Assembly: GCF_006345805.1 (NCBI RefSeq)
Contig: NC_043005.1
Span: 73,098,001-73,162,000, forward strand
Reading direction: 5' to 3'
Length of the DNA stretch: 64,000 nucleotides
Source of the DNA: Octopus sinensis
Lineage: Eukaryota
In this document: positions 37,199 through 51,596 of the stretch, piece after piece
Numbering within the stretch: position 1 is the first letter of the stretch
Layout of the letters: the number at the start of each line of letters is the position of its first letter
Program-made: the position numbers and the translations under genes
The notes under the pieces: model-generated
The model's database searches: none
What the model was told of the DNA's origin: nothing
Seen by the model: only the letters and a program-made list of their open reading frames with translations

Positions 37199-40100
37199 GT
37201 ATAAAATATATTTCCATTACCTTTAGAATTCAGCAACGATTTTAGCATTTACCCTATGTTACTGTTTAAACATATTTATATTCTTATCATTGTTAATGCA
37301 GAAGAAAGAAAATAGCTAATTGATTAATTTCTTGCAACGACTCTTATAACCGTTAACGATTTGAAAACAAAAGTAGATAATGAATTTGTTTTTCAAGCAT
37401 AATGAATTTACTAACGGAAATCAAAGAACCTTGAACAAATAATAAAATGTCAATGTAATGTGCACAAGAGACATATTCTTTTATTTGGATACTCATTAGT
37501 TGGAAGAATAAACCCTATGTAAATTATATTTATGCAGCGTCAGATTCATTGAGTCATATTGAGATTTGCAGCTGTCTAAAAATAAGTAAAATATATGTAT
37601 GCCTAATTAATGAACAGGATTTTAATAAATCACCTGCCTGGATAAACTAATATAATGAACAAAATTAAAGGAAAGAAGAATATGACCCTATCAAATCAAA
37701 TGACTCGAGGAAATTTGTCAAAAGTAAAACTATATGTAACTGCTAATCTTTATTTTAATGAGATTAATTAATTTGGATCAAATTTCATTCTACAATTCAA
37801 TATTCTCTTTTACAAGCAAAACCCAGGTATCAACAATGAATTAGATGTTCAAAGAAGTTCTTCATCTCAACAGATCTAAAATAATCATCTTTCTGTGCTT
37901 TCAATTCTTTCTTACATTTTTTTACTTTTTTTGTATTTAATATAGGGTGCACAGCTTTTACCTAGTGACATAATTCCTGCAAAACCATCGTCAAAAGTAA
38001 AGGATAACATCGTGCTTTCCAAACTGCAGTTGATTACTTGGTATTTTTCACAAAAGAACCTTTGACGACTTTATATAGGTCTCCTTTGTACTATTTCGCA
38101 GTTACGATTAATTCTGTAAGCAGTACACTTGCAGAGTCCGATTCCGCAAGTGCTGTCCACTCTTTATCCGATTGAACAAGCCACCCACTTTGTAAATCTC
38201 CTTCCAAACGATCCTTTATAACTACATTAGGTTCATATTTATGTGCATTTACAGGCTGTGTGAGAAAGCACCACCGGTTGTTTCATCTCTTCCAATATCA
38301 ACGAACAATGAACTTTTGAGCTATTCCCTATTCTTCTCTCTTCTTTCGTCTCTTTCTCTCTTCTTCTTGCGCTCTCCCTCCCTCCCCTACCAAACTCTTT
38401 TCTCACTTTCTCTTTTTCTCACGCTCGCTATTTCTATATTTCCCACCTTTGGATTCAAGGTACAGTGTATCCAATTCCGAAAAGCAGAAACTCCTCTATT
38501 GCCAACTTCTAAGATTTCATAGTCGATGGAGACAGCTTAATTTGTTCCGCTATAGTCTCCCTGAACAACATCTACTGGAAACCTACGTCAGAAATACATT
38601 AGTTCTCACCCTAAAAAATTTAATGTGAACATCAGTTAGACTTGTTATCAACCAACTTTATTCTGACACACAAATTTCCAAATGAAACTAACTGCTTAGG
38701 GGGTCCATCTGTTACTCGTCTCTTGACTCGGTACCTTCTTTCATATCGTTTCACCGTAGGATAAGCTAAAAGTACTCTTTTTAACCTGCATTATATTATT
38801 GCGAGGTGTGCGATAAGGTTCACTTCTGCACTCACTACATTTTTCCTACTTCAGTACATACCTACTGTCACCTTCAACAATACTGATCTTACGCAAACGA
38901 ACATTAATTCTTCTCAATCTGCCGCTCCCAATCTTCAGAGAAGATTTTGAATAATAGATTCTTAGACACAATGTGCTTGATAAAAGACAGGACCTTCACA
39001 GCTGAAAACCTTTCGTATTTTGTTGTGGTTTATTCTTTTATGTGTGAGGTATAGTTAGATAACAAATGCAGTACAAACATTCCTCTTCATATGCACGTGT
39101 CTTTACACGTAATATATGACTACATGAGGTTATTTCAGAAGGGAGAGAAAATATAAGTGAGGTTTTTGTCTCATAGGATTGTTGAAGAAGCTAGTTAAAA
39201 TAGATAATATTGACAGACAACGATCTACGAGAAGAAAATAAGAAACGAAAGGAATGAAGAACACAAAAGATAAAACCAATCAAATAAGGAAAGTAAAATG
39301 TGAAGCAACTTCAAACGCAGGAATAATGGCTACAATTGCATATGGAGAAGTATTGCATTATATTTTCATATAAAACTATTTAAAACAGTAAATGTATACA
39401 ACGGACGTTAGACGCAATAGAATTTTGCATTACATTTCTCAATTTAAAAATGGTAACAGGAATAAATATAAAACAAATGTATCTAGCCGACGATTTTTTT
39501 AATATGTATTTTACAATCATTGCAAACATGTATTTATTATCCTTTTATTGATGTTTTACCAGACTATTTGGTTTTTAAAATAAGTTTGTTTTAGATATTA
39601 ATGTAGGTATCAATCATATATGTGTGGTGGAGTGGGATGTTGAGTAGGTCTTTTAGTTTGCATCTTAATATATCGATTCTGAAATATTGAGAGATAGAAA
39701 GCATGTAAACAGTTTTCTAGTTATCTTCAAAAGTTTAAAACATGTCAGCTTATTTCATGTAGTTGTAATTACTTTTTTTCTTTTGCGTCAATTTAAATCG
39801 GGAAAATTATGTAGAAGAATCGTTCTTGTGTAGTAAACTAATAGGCAGCGAAACTTTGAAAATGAAAAATAAGAGACAATACAATTAGAAGAGGCCGTTG
39901 TGTAGGCAGGCAGAATTGACTAGAAATAAACCACAACCAAAAATAAAATCAAATAGATTCAATAAATATATCAATAAAGAATAGCACTCGGGGAGCGAAT
40001 GTATGAACTCTAAAATATATTGTTACAAAAGTTATTCCCAAATGGAAAGTTCGCATCTAACGTTATGCTGATAAATCAGCTAGAATCTAAGTTATTTGCG

Positions 40101-40458
40101 TAACATTGACGCCTCAAGTTACGCAATTATTTGTGTATTTATCTTTTATTTATAAAGCTATTTGTTTATTTACATTTCTTTTTAATTCATTTACGTTTTC
40201 TTCTCACTTTTTCCTATTAACGTTGAAATTTTGCCTATTAAATGAGAATTAATCATTTCTCTATATAATTGCAAGGAAATCTATTTATCCGAACCACTAC
40301 ACTCTGTTTGTATGCCTAGGCAGTGTTCCGCCTACTTATTCCGCAGCAAATGTCAAATATCGTAAACCTCGTCCATGAAAACAACATTTTGATTATCCAA
40401 GAAATACATTCACACAAATCTGTATAATACACTCGCACAAACAAATGGGGAAAATACG

Positions 40459-40524
<66 letters not shown>

Positions 40525-40629
40525 TATACATGCTAGCCAAGGCAGTGGAGGTTGCTCTGGAGTCGAATATATTGAAACAGCTCTCTTTATAATTATTGAC
40601 TTAAATTATAGCAATTTTGTTCCATGTTC

Positions 40630-40945
40630 ACTACCACAAATGTTGGAAGAAATGCCACCTATTCTGGGAAATTGAAAATGCTCTCAAAGTGATGAAGACA
40701 GACAAAGCAGCAGGAAAACTGGCATAGCAACAGAGCTATTAATGTGTGGAGCTGAAGAAAATCTTCGGACTACACTTCAATCACCCTCTGAAGAATGGGT
40801 AAAATACCAGCGTTGTGTAAAGAGTTGAATATCATCTTGCATCATAAAAAGGGTGATAAAGAAGATTTAAGAAGCTATAGTCCTATATGCCTCTTGCCTC
40901 ACCTCTATAACCTGTTACAAAAGTTATAGTAACCAGACTTTCGAA
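40630..40945 (+). pseudogene. Decayed RTE-type LINE RT N-terminal fragment
   Basis: EIENALKVMKTDKAAG..IATELL ... HKKGDKEDLRSYSPICLLPHLY with frameshifts. Confidence 0.85.
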
Positions 40946-40966
40946 ACGCGCGCACACACACATACG

Positions 40967-41006
<40 letters not shown>

Positions 41007-41699
41007 CGACAGGCTTCTTTCAGTTTCCATCTACCAAATCCATTCCCAAGGCTTTGATCGGCCCGAGGCTATAGTAGAAGACACTTGCTCAAGCTACCAC
41101 GCAGTGGAAATGAACCCCGAACCATGCACCTATATATATATATATATATATATATAGTGAGTGTGTGTGTGTGTGTGTGTGATATATGAGTTTTAATGTA
41201 GAATGTAAAATTTTTCCTGAACAATGAAAACAAACTTAATTGAAAAATATCATGCTGTCAAGCATGATTTACTATCTACCTACTCAAATTCTTTTATTGT
41301 TAAATTCCAACACTATCAAATTTGACTATGAAAAGCCGATAAAAGAAGTACCGAGCTTTATAAAAAAAAAATAATAATTACTGTGGTTATTCGTTCAACT
41401 CAAACTCTTTGAAGAAAGAACCCAGCGCGGCCGAATTCTAATAACTGAAACAAGGAAAAGTGAAGGAAAAGGTATATAAATATCTTTTCCTTCTATGTTT
41501 TATAACCTATATTTTGTGCTCCGTGTAATTATTTGTCTCAATCCATTTTCTCTCTCTCTCTCTCTTGTTACTTCCATAATGAGTCGTTTTGGATTGATCC
41601 TACAGTCACTTAGATGCTGTGAACGAAGCCCTATTCCTGCTATCACTCATCCACTCTAACTAACATGACATGCAGATAATATGACAATAATTTTTTTTT

Positions 41700-42240
41700 C
41701 TTCTCTAGGCACAAGGCTCGAAATTTTGGGGGAGGGCGCCAGTCGATTAGATCAACCCCAGTACGCAACTGGTACAGAACTTATCGACTCCAAAACTATG
41801 AAAAAATACCGACCTCGGTGGAATTTGAACTCAGAACGTAACGGCAGACGAAATACCTATTTCTTTACTACCCACAAGGGGCTAAACACAGAGAGGACAA
41901 ACAAGGACAGACAAACGGATTAAGTCGATTATATCGACCCCAGTGCGTAACTGGTACTTATTTAATCGACCCTAAAAGGATGAAAGGCAGTCGACCTCGG
42001 CAGAATTTGAACTCAGAACGTAGCGGCAGACGAAATACCAATTTCTTTACTACTCACAAGGGGCTAAACACAGAGAGGACAAACGAATTAAGTCCATTAC
42101 ATCGACCCCAGTGCGTAACCCCGAAAGGATGAAAGGCAAAGTCGACCTCCGCGGAATTTGAACTCAGAACGTAGCGCCAGAGGAAACACTGCTAAGCATT
42201 TCGCCCAGCGTGTTAACGTTTCTGATAGCTCACCACCTTG
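41700..42240 (-). mobile_element. SINE family A trimer
   Basis: Three cores; junctions at about 41857 and 42040. Confidence 0.85.
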
Positions 42241-42649
42241 GATGATACGACAATAATATAACATTGAGATATGCATATCCAGCCTGTGTCGCTCAGATTT
42301 GACTATGTATGCACACATGCGCAAGAATGGTAGTAGAATACACACGCAAGTCCTCCTCACCAATTCGATCATCCTGGCAACAGTACCATCGTTCGCAAGC
42401 ATTGCTCCCAGAATGCAATGAGCCGGAACAATGTCTGCCGTTTCAGCAATCCGTAATACACAATTCTAGCTTCTTTTTATTAACCGTGAAAGAATGTAGG
42501 ACGAAATTGACCTCGTTGGGATTGTAACTTATAGAATGATAGAGTCGTGTAAAATATAGCAGAACAGTCAAGCTAAAGGTTTAACCACTCTCCTAATCTT
42601 CTGCCTTGTAGCATATGCATATGTAACGTGTATTTATAGAGGATGTTAA

Positions 42650-42794
42650 TATAAAGTTGTCCCAAAAGTTCGTAGAAAGTCTTGGAAAATAATAGTCTTT
42701 ATTTTGAGGAATATTTTTTGTTGTTTTTGTTAGTACTTAGCGAGTAAAAATTCAATTTTCGCAAGTGTTTACGAACTTTTGGGACAACCTAATA
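42650..42794. mobile_element. Tc1/mariner-type MITE
   Basis: Inverted ends ta-taaagttgtcccaaaagttcgta and tacgaacttttgggacaacctaa-ta; TA flanks. Confidence 0.8.
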
Positions 42795-42876
42795 TGATAT
42801 TCAAAATATTATGCACTAGAAATAGTAGCTAAGTGACACTCGAATCTCAATATATCTCTTAAATAATTATTCATTT

Positions 42877-43047
42877 TCTGTTGTGTGTGGGGAGAGTCAT
42901 TCTCTTTTGGTGCCTTATAATTTACCACACTCACAGGTAAAATTTCCATTTATTTCTTTTTTATTTTTCTAAAATTTTCGTTGCATCTTGCAACCTTTAC
43001 AATAGTTTTGACACCAAAAGAGAATGACTCTCCCCAGATACAACAGA
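42877..43047. mobile_element. MITE with 36-bp terminal inverted repeats
   Basis: tctgttgtgtgtggggagagtcattctcttttggtg versus caccaaaagagaatgactctccccagatacaacaga (2 mismatches). Confidence 0.82.
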
Positions 43048-45594
43048 ATACGCTTCAACACACGAACTCGCATAAAGAATCTTGCAAACCAAATCCAAAA
43101 TGTAAATATATCAAATGAACATCAAATATATTTAATATAGCCGTTCTCTATAGGTGCACTGTCAGAAATAAGCAAAAGTCAAGAATACAGGACATTTTTT
43201 TCATATAATCGGTCACGATTGTTCCTTTGGCTAAACAGGAATGACAACAGCGAGAACAACAACAGCAATTCCATTAATGCTTCCTTGCTTGTTGAATTGT
43301 GTACATATTTTACCGATTCATAGTATAAAAAATATTTTATCCACTCGCAAATGAATATTTACGTTTTGTCGTGTGCAAAAATATCTCAATATAAACACTC
43401 CGGGAAATAACTTGATTCATATAATAAAACTGTTAATGGTTTTTAATGCTTCTTAATACAGCACTTAATAGGCTATCACAGGTTTTTAATAAATCTTAAT
43501 AAGTAAAGTGCAACATAAGATACTTAGCAAATGTAATAGTGTCAGTTATTAGCAGCAACCTCCTTACTTGGAAACAACTGACATCATATAACCGTAAGAC
43601 AAGTTGAAAGGCAATTGTATAGAAAAAATACACACAGAGATATAAGCTGTTCTAAATTCCAGAATATTAGCACAATATTAGTCCCCGTTAAGCAGTTTCG
43701 TGGCTGTTAAATTTGCTAGAGATAGCAGTTAAATCTCTTTAAAATCATACCTTGTTGTATTAAAAAACGAGTGACTCATTGATTTACTTAGATTGCCCAA
43801 AGTACAGGATCATCTCAGATGAGGGATTTTGATTAGGGCAAACTATGGCTAAACAACAGTTAAAAACAAATAAATAACAAAGACGCGACGGTGAGAGTGG
43901 GAACCTTTGGAACTGTAAGTACGAAAGATCTAGTACTAGAATTGTTATTCGATCTACCGACATGCTAAGAATATGAACCATATAGTTTTCAAACTTCGAT
44001 CTATTCTCCTCAATAAAAGGGAAGACACGTCTGATAACGCTTTCTGGCGAATACAATCATGATATTAATAGCTGAAATGTCTGTCAGCGAAGACAGTTTC
44101 AGTCAAATACAAAATGTCAAACTTTCAATGCAATTAGGCTTTCAAACAAAACAATTGGACCAATGAATTCGAAGATATTTATAGAAAAAAATCAATATGG
44201 TTTTTCAAAAAAAGAATTGTAATTTGTGAAAACAAAGTACAAGTCGCAAATTTCACAATTTAATACATTTTTTGGTTTTTAGTTTGAGATAGCGGTCAAA
44301 CAGAAGTCATCAGAGGTTTTCTAACTGCGAATTAGTATAAATACCTTCAAGTAAGTTATTTCGGAACTCAATCATTTTGAATAGTCTTAAAAGTGTACTT
44401 TGTGATCTCATGTTAATAATAAAGACCTAAATTTTAACTTCATCCCAACTAAAGAATGATCTGATTAAAATGATGCATGTGAGCCTTAAGGGAACTTGAG
44501 CCTGTGTTTCTGGGGAAGGGAACAATATCAAATGACCTTAATATTTGCTTTGGTGATCCTATTTGAACTTATTTGGTGGTGTTTACTTTGAAATGGAGAT
44601 CTTAAATTGCATGTGCAAATAGTTCATCCCTGTAATGTTTATGATAGCGTAAATCCTTTAAAATAAGGTTAGAAATAATTGAAACATGTTTAGGAATGAA
44701 AAGATAATTGTTATTTCTAATAAGGTGTACATGATATTTTAGAGAAGAATTCTGGAAACCACTCTTTCAAACAATCAAATAATCCAAACTGCTCAAAATT
44801 TTAAGACAAAAATTAAACCCATTGAAAAGTTTTAAAAATTGCTTTATAGCTTTTTAAGTTATCAATATGCTACCATTTATCGAACATCTGCAAATCATTC
44901 TAGTTTCAAAGAAGCAACAGAATTTGCATTTTCGTTCCCGACCTGACAGCATGCATATGAATATTATGAAAGTTGTAGATGAGTAACGAGTGTTGTAATG
45001 TTGGTGTTGTACTATTGCATAGACCTTCAAACACTGTTGTTACTCAGTTACCAAAGAGTATTCCAGCTTCTCAGAGAGCTCAAAAATTGCTTGAGAAAGA
45101 CGTCAAATATATGATGAACGGAAGGTGTTCTATTGTATAGAGTCTAAAAAGAATTTTGTTTGTTACCTTCTGAACTAGTAAATGCCGCTTCTATGGATGA
45201 TTATAGGCCATCGAGATACTGGTAATTTATCTGTCAGTGCCATTTTGATATGAACACCTATAGATGATTCAAGACACGTATCATCTCCAACAGTTTCATG
45301 AGTAAGTTCACTGGATCATATATTGTATAAATTATATTTACCATGAAGTTTGATTGTTTTATTTTCTTTTATATTATTTTTGGTCTGAAATATCTTCGCA
45401 ATAGCAATTAAATTACCAGATATTAAAGTTTTTACATATCATAAACATTGTTCCTTACTGAGATACAGTAATTGTAAATGCGATTGCATACTTTCATCTA
45501 AAAGGGAAGACAACAAATATGTTCTAATTAACACCCTTTTATATATATATATATAGTCAGTATAGTAACAAAATAAATAAATAAATAAATAAAA

Positions 45595-45759
45595 CACGGG
45601 CTCATAGCGCTAGTTCATGCCCACTTAGGCTCTGCAAACTCCCTCATTCTGACATTTCATCAAGTTCCGCTGAATCGCTAGGTGACTGGCACACAAACAC
45701 ACCAACACTAATTGTCAAGCGGTGATGGGGTGGAGGGACAAACACAGACACGATGACAA

Positions 45760-45795
<36 letters not shown>

Positions 45796-45990
45796 GTATG
45801 TATGTAAATGTATATATACTTATATTCATTCGACGAGCTTCTTCCAGTTTACGTTTGCCAACCTCGCTCACAATGCTTTGGTCAGCTTGAGGCTGTAGTA
45901 GGAAACAGATGTCCAAAATGTCACGCTCTGAGACTGATCCGGAACCATGTGGTAGAGAAGCAAGCTTCTTACTACACTTGCCACGCTTGC
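45595..45990 (-). mobile_element. SINE family B, old diverged copy
   Basis: Degenerate versions of both halves around a (CA)/(TA) linker. Confidence 0.65.
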
Positions 45991-46314
45991 AACTTTACCA
46001 TTTTACCGATTCAACAAATGATTCGGATGGTATTTTCTATAGAATGACAAGGCGAGTTAGCTTGAACCCTTCATGAGGATTTACTTTAATTCGAACTCAA
46101 CGTGATGTGGCACCCTCGCTTGCTTATAGTGTTTATTCCTCCTTGTCAGTCGACAGATAAGTGCTTTTGTATAAAATAAATGCTCTGTTCGTGGCTAAAA
46201 GTTATTTTAATTCTTATTTCTAGCAATGGTAGTGCTAATTTGCGCCCTTGGTCACTTTTAATGACGATTGTACTTGTGTCTTTTGGTTTTAAATTGCAGG
46301 CAGCCACTTTAATA

Positions 46315-46357
<43 letters not shown>

Positions 46358-47225
46358 GGATAGTTTGCAGTACAATTTCCGTCAGCCATATTTCACTTTT
46401 GCATCTATTTTAAGACATCCGAAATGACGTACGTGGATGTTGAAACAACTGCTACTTCGATGAGGATTGAACTTCTTAATCACCCAACCATACCAGCATA
46501 TAAAAAGAAAAATTCATTTCATCTGGCGATTGCTTAAGATTTTTAAGAGACCATAATCATTTCATCTTAGTTTTTAAAGGAAATATCACTTGAAATACTT
46601 CTAATGAAATCAGTTGCTGCAGCTTTTCTCTGAAATTTTTTGTTTGATTTTGTTAATTTTGGAACATCTTTAACAGCCTGTATCAATCAATTAAAACAAG
46701 CCAGTGTTATTTTGTATAGAAAGACAAACATCATTTTAATATTTGATCATCGGTTTGATGTAAAGAATGATAGGAAGATAAAACAGAAGTTAATGAAATT
46801 CAGAAAATTGGACATCGAGTGAAACTTAAAGTTTTCCTATTTCATCGACCAACTTGATTTTGTTGCTGCCTGTGCTGTTGTTGTTGTTAAGCAAAAAGAC
46901 GGGTAAGGGTGATTAGGCGACGTTCTAGGGCTTACGGGCGGGAGACGTTGGAAAAAAAAGACTTTGGTCGTCTTGTTGTAATCGAGGGCTCTTCGTTGAC
47001 GCCCGACACCACTGGGAGGTGGCCCTCGAGTCGCTGGAAATAGAATCTCCAGGTCCAAATTGTTGAACGGCTGCTGTCTGTGCTACAGATGTTGGCCTTT
47101 CTTCCGTCACCGTTTTTATTGTAGCTTTGTCCCGACTAAGCCCTGATCGAAAAAATACACTGCAGCCGTAAATCTTCATGCTGCTTACAGACTATATTAC
47201 ATAACAAGTTCCATATATAAAAGAT

Positions 47226-47614
47226 TTAGAACCCCCTCCGTCGGTTACGACGACGAGAGTTCCGGTTGATCTGAATCAACGGAACAGCCTGCTCGTGAAA
47301 TTAACGTGTAAGTGGCTGAGCACTCCACAGACACGTGTACCTTTAACGTAGTTCTCGGGGATATTCAGCGTGACACAGAGAGTGATAAGGCCGGCCCTTT
47401 GAAATACAGGTACAACAGAAACAGGAAGTAAGAGTGAGAGAAAGTTGTGGGGAAAGAGTACAGCAGGGATCACCACCATCCCCTGCCGGAGCCTCGTGGA
47501 GCTTTAGGTGTTTTCGCTCAATAAACACTCACAACGCCCGGTCTGGGAATCGAAACCGCAATCACTATGACCGCGAGTCCGCTGCCCTAACCACTGGGCC
47601 ATTGCGCCTCCACA
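47226..47614 (-). mobile_element. SINE family C with an 11-bp TSD
   Basis: TSD atataaaagat at 47215-47225 and 47615-47625. Confidence 0.9.
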
Positions 47615-48269
47615 ATATAAAAGATAGATCCTGGTTTATAGGATACTAGGGTGTTAATTCTAGAAGACTCTGCACCACGTAAAGGTTTCTTCGAAGGTAC
47701 ATTGATCTTATTACAGTGGTTGCATAGCTGAGTTATAAACATTTACTTCTAAATATAGTAGAAATAGAGATTATGAAATAGTTATACCTTAGCTATATAT
47801 TACATGGTTGAATAACAAAGTAATTGATTTACGGTAATGAAAAAACAATATCAAGGAAATATGGAAATGCATATGAAGGTGTTTAATATCAGAAATAGTA
47901 AAGAATATTAAGAACACAGGATTTATAAAATAAAGTCGTCTTTGTACTAACAGAAAAAGAGTTGAAAAGTTTACGCCTTGATACTATAAACTAAATGATT
48001 TATGTAAAAGTAAATATATACATGAACCAACTGTTACTTTCTCAGATGCAGTACAGAATTTTGTCAGTGAACAGGTCGTGGTCTCAAGGAGACAAAAATA
48101 TTTTGGCAAATTAAATTTAAATGTTCAAGCGAATCTAACGGTTCTGGTGTGTTTTTAAGGGACTTATAAACACCTTCCACGCTGCAATTGATTTTGCTTC
48201 AGCACACGAACTCCGATCAGGTCACCTGCTATGCAAGTACATCTCCGTAAATATATACAAATATATATA

Positions 48270-48685
48270 TATATTCTTTTATTCGTATCAGTCATTTAAC
48301 TGCAGCCATGCTGGAGCACCACCTTTAGTCGGACAAATCAATCCCAGGATCGTTGTAAGCGTAGCACTTAATTTATCGGTCCCTTTTGTCGAACCCCTAA
48401 CTTACGGGGACGTAAACACACCAACATTCAGCGTCAACGATGGGAGATGCGGACAAACACAAACACACACAAACACACACATACACACATACACACACAC
48501 TCATATATATATATATACACGACGGGCTTCTTTCAGTTTCCGTCTCCCAAATCCACTCACAAGGAATTGATTGGGCCGAAGCTATAGTAGAAGATACTTG
48601 CCCCAGGTGCCACGCAGTGGGATTGAACACGGAACCGTATAGTTGGTAAACAAGCTACTTACCACACAGTTACTCCTGAGCCTAT
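48270..48685 (-). mobile_element. SINE family B, full length
   Basis: Family B consensus match. Confidence 0.85.
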
Positions 48686-48705
48686 ATATATGTAAATATA
48701 TATAT

Positions 48706-48750
<45 letters not shown>

Positions 48751-48752
<2 letters not shown>

Positions 48753-48818
48753 ATGTATATTATCTGGAGTGTATATTTGCGTTAATTATAACGGTAGGGA
48801 ATACGGAAATTGGTACAT

Positions 48819-48865
<47 letters not shown>

Positions 48866-48925
48866 TATCTGGAGTGTATATCTGCGTTAATTATAGCGGT
48901 AGGGAATACGGAAATTGGTACATCC
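48751..48925. repeat. Two tandem copies of a 70-bp unit with 7-bp TIRs, embedded in (TA)n
   Basis: GGATGTA...TACATCC at 48751-48820; second copy at 48858-48925. Confidence 0.85.
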
Positions 48926-48929
48926 TATA

Positions 48930-49331
48930 TATATATATATGTGTGTGTACATATGTATATATATATGTATAGATATGTGTACATATGTGTATATATATGT
49001 GTACATATGTGTACATATGTATATATGTATATATATATATGTGTACATATGTATATATGTATATATATATATGTGTACATATGTATATATATGTATGTAT
49101 ATATATGTACATATGTATGTATATATATGTATGTATCTATATATATATATGTATGTATATATTTATATATAGCTATGTATATATATGTATATATATATCT
49201 ATACAAGTATGTATATGTATAAGTATATATATATATGTATATACATATGTATATGTATATATGTATATGTGTATATATATATATTTGAAAATGTATATGT
49301 CTATATATATGAGTACATATATATGTATATA

Positions 49332-49367
<36 letters not shown>

Positions 49368-49435
49368 CATATATAAATATATGAATGTATGTGTGTGTGT
49401 ATGTGTGTGTATGTATATATGTATATGTGTGTATT
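48930..49435. repeat. Degenerate (TA)/(TATG) microsatellite
   Basis: Read directly from the sequence. Confidence 0.96.
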
Positions 49436-51596
49436 TGCTGTTTAGAGACACACACAGATCTCAATATGCATTTCACAGTTACGATAAGGCAAGAGGATCA
49501 CCTTCAAAAATATTACGATTCATTGGACATATTTTTATCGTTCAAGATTGACCCGGACATAATCCATAATACGAATATCATGGACGCCAAAACAAAACAT
49601 TTCTAGGTTGTATCTTTCCAATGTCATTGGTTACGAATCACTGTATTGTTTGTCAAAGAATTTTACACGTAAATCTTCTCTACATAGATATTAAAATAAA
49701 CGAAGATAAACACATGGAGGTAACCTATTATTTATTCTCGGTTTCTCTCTCGTTTTCATTCTCAGATCATATCTTCCATATGTATCCTGTCATTTCAAAT
49801 AATATTTCAATATAGAAATAGAATATTGTACGGTAGGAACAGTCTAGAAGGAAAAATTTGAAAAAATATGTCTAAAAACCCCTTAAAGTGGTTAACACGA
49901 TTGCCAAATCAAGAAGAAATGTAAATGTCATGTCGACATATATAGACGTGTGATATATATGTTTAAAAGTTCCAAGAAACATCTTGAAACGATAAGGAAA
50001 GAAGAAAATGCTCTTGTTTTACATTTGTTTTATTTTGCATTCGATTTAGTTCCATTTAGTTTCTGCTGCCAACTGAAATTAAGTCGAGGAATTGTAAAAG
50101 TGACAGCCACTCCATTTGTTTTCCTGAAACTAAATTTGCTTCCGTATACACTACTTGATGTTGGACGTTGGCAATATGGCGAAGGGTGAACAAGTAAAAT
50201 TTTGAGTTATTGCTTTACAATCGTTTTTTGGCGGCTTTGAGTTCAAATCAGGAGAACCTCAAATTTCCATTTTATCCATAATTTTTTACGTAGGACAAAT
50301 GCCAATAGCACTCGAAGTTCGAATAATTTCATTATGCCCATATTCTCAAGAAACAGAGAAAATAGATATTTTGTCTAGTTACGAATAATCAAGATTTAAG
50401 TGGGTTAGATTTAATATAATGGGCAGAGTGGAGGATTAAATATTGAAGCGAGTATAATTTTGTATTTGTATGTTCTGAGTTCCATATATGTTGTATATAA
50501 TGTATTTTATGTATTTATTGCAATTCAAGTCTTGTGTTTACTTTAGATAAGAATTTTTAATAATTTTTACGCAAGAGGTAAAATTTCTTTGTTTGATACC
50601 CAATTTAAACAAATTTCTGTAACGTAAGTTGCACATGCACTCAAAAGATATATGGTTACCTTTATATCTTGTAATATGCCTTCTAAAAATGTACAGTTTC
50701 TTCTTCTGCTAGGTAGAAGAATAGTTTCTTCTTCTGCTAGGTAGCAGAATAGTTATGAAGCGAGGCAAAAATTATTTGCAGCAATTTCGTCCGTCTTTAC
50801 ATTCTGAGTTCAAATTCCGCTCAGGTTGATTTTATCTTTCATGATCTAGGAGTCGGTAAAATAAGCACCAGTCGGTCACTGGGATCGATGAACCGGCTTA
50901 CCCACAGTGCCCCCCCAAAAAAAAAATTGCTGACCTTGTGCCAAAATTTGAAGCCAACATAAGAGTGTTAATATCGTAAGTAGCAATTTTAAACAAATGA
51001 TTTGGCAGAATATAGAAAATAATTCGAAACACATTTTTAGTGTTGTAGATAAAGAGACAGATTGGCAGAGGATAAATAGATAGGGGAGAGAGGAAATGTT
51101 GCTGAAAGATAAGAATATAAAAAAAAATAGATGCAAATTGCATGGAAGGATACGAAATATGTAATATGATAATGGAAAGAAATAATGAAAATTGCGGTAA
51201 AGAGAAAATAAACACAAAAGATAGATTCAAGTATGGAAATAGATTGAAATAAAATGAATGAAAAAGAAGGAAGAAATACTGAAGGAAAGAGAGAAAGAAC
51301 AAGGATGTGCATACATTGGCATATAATAAAAAAAAATGAGTACAAAAGTACAAGGTGGACAAACAGAAAAGATAATAAGAAAAGGAGTTTAAAATTAATA
51401 TAGATAGAGAAATAAAAGCATGGAGGGGCGAAAATTATGATGCAGAAAAAATATGGTTACAACACATAATGGCGCAAATACACACTCACATACACATGAT
51501 AGATAAATAGATAGATACATATATACATACATGCATATACATACACACACATTCATATATACATGATTATGTTTGAAAGGGAGAAGACTACTAGAT

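Noticed and set aside
43784-44056. 90-aa minus-strand ORF
   Set aside because: No motif or splice support; this length is expected by chance.
50695-50754. 28-bp tandem duplication
   Set aside because: An ordinary slippage duplication with no further structure.
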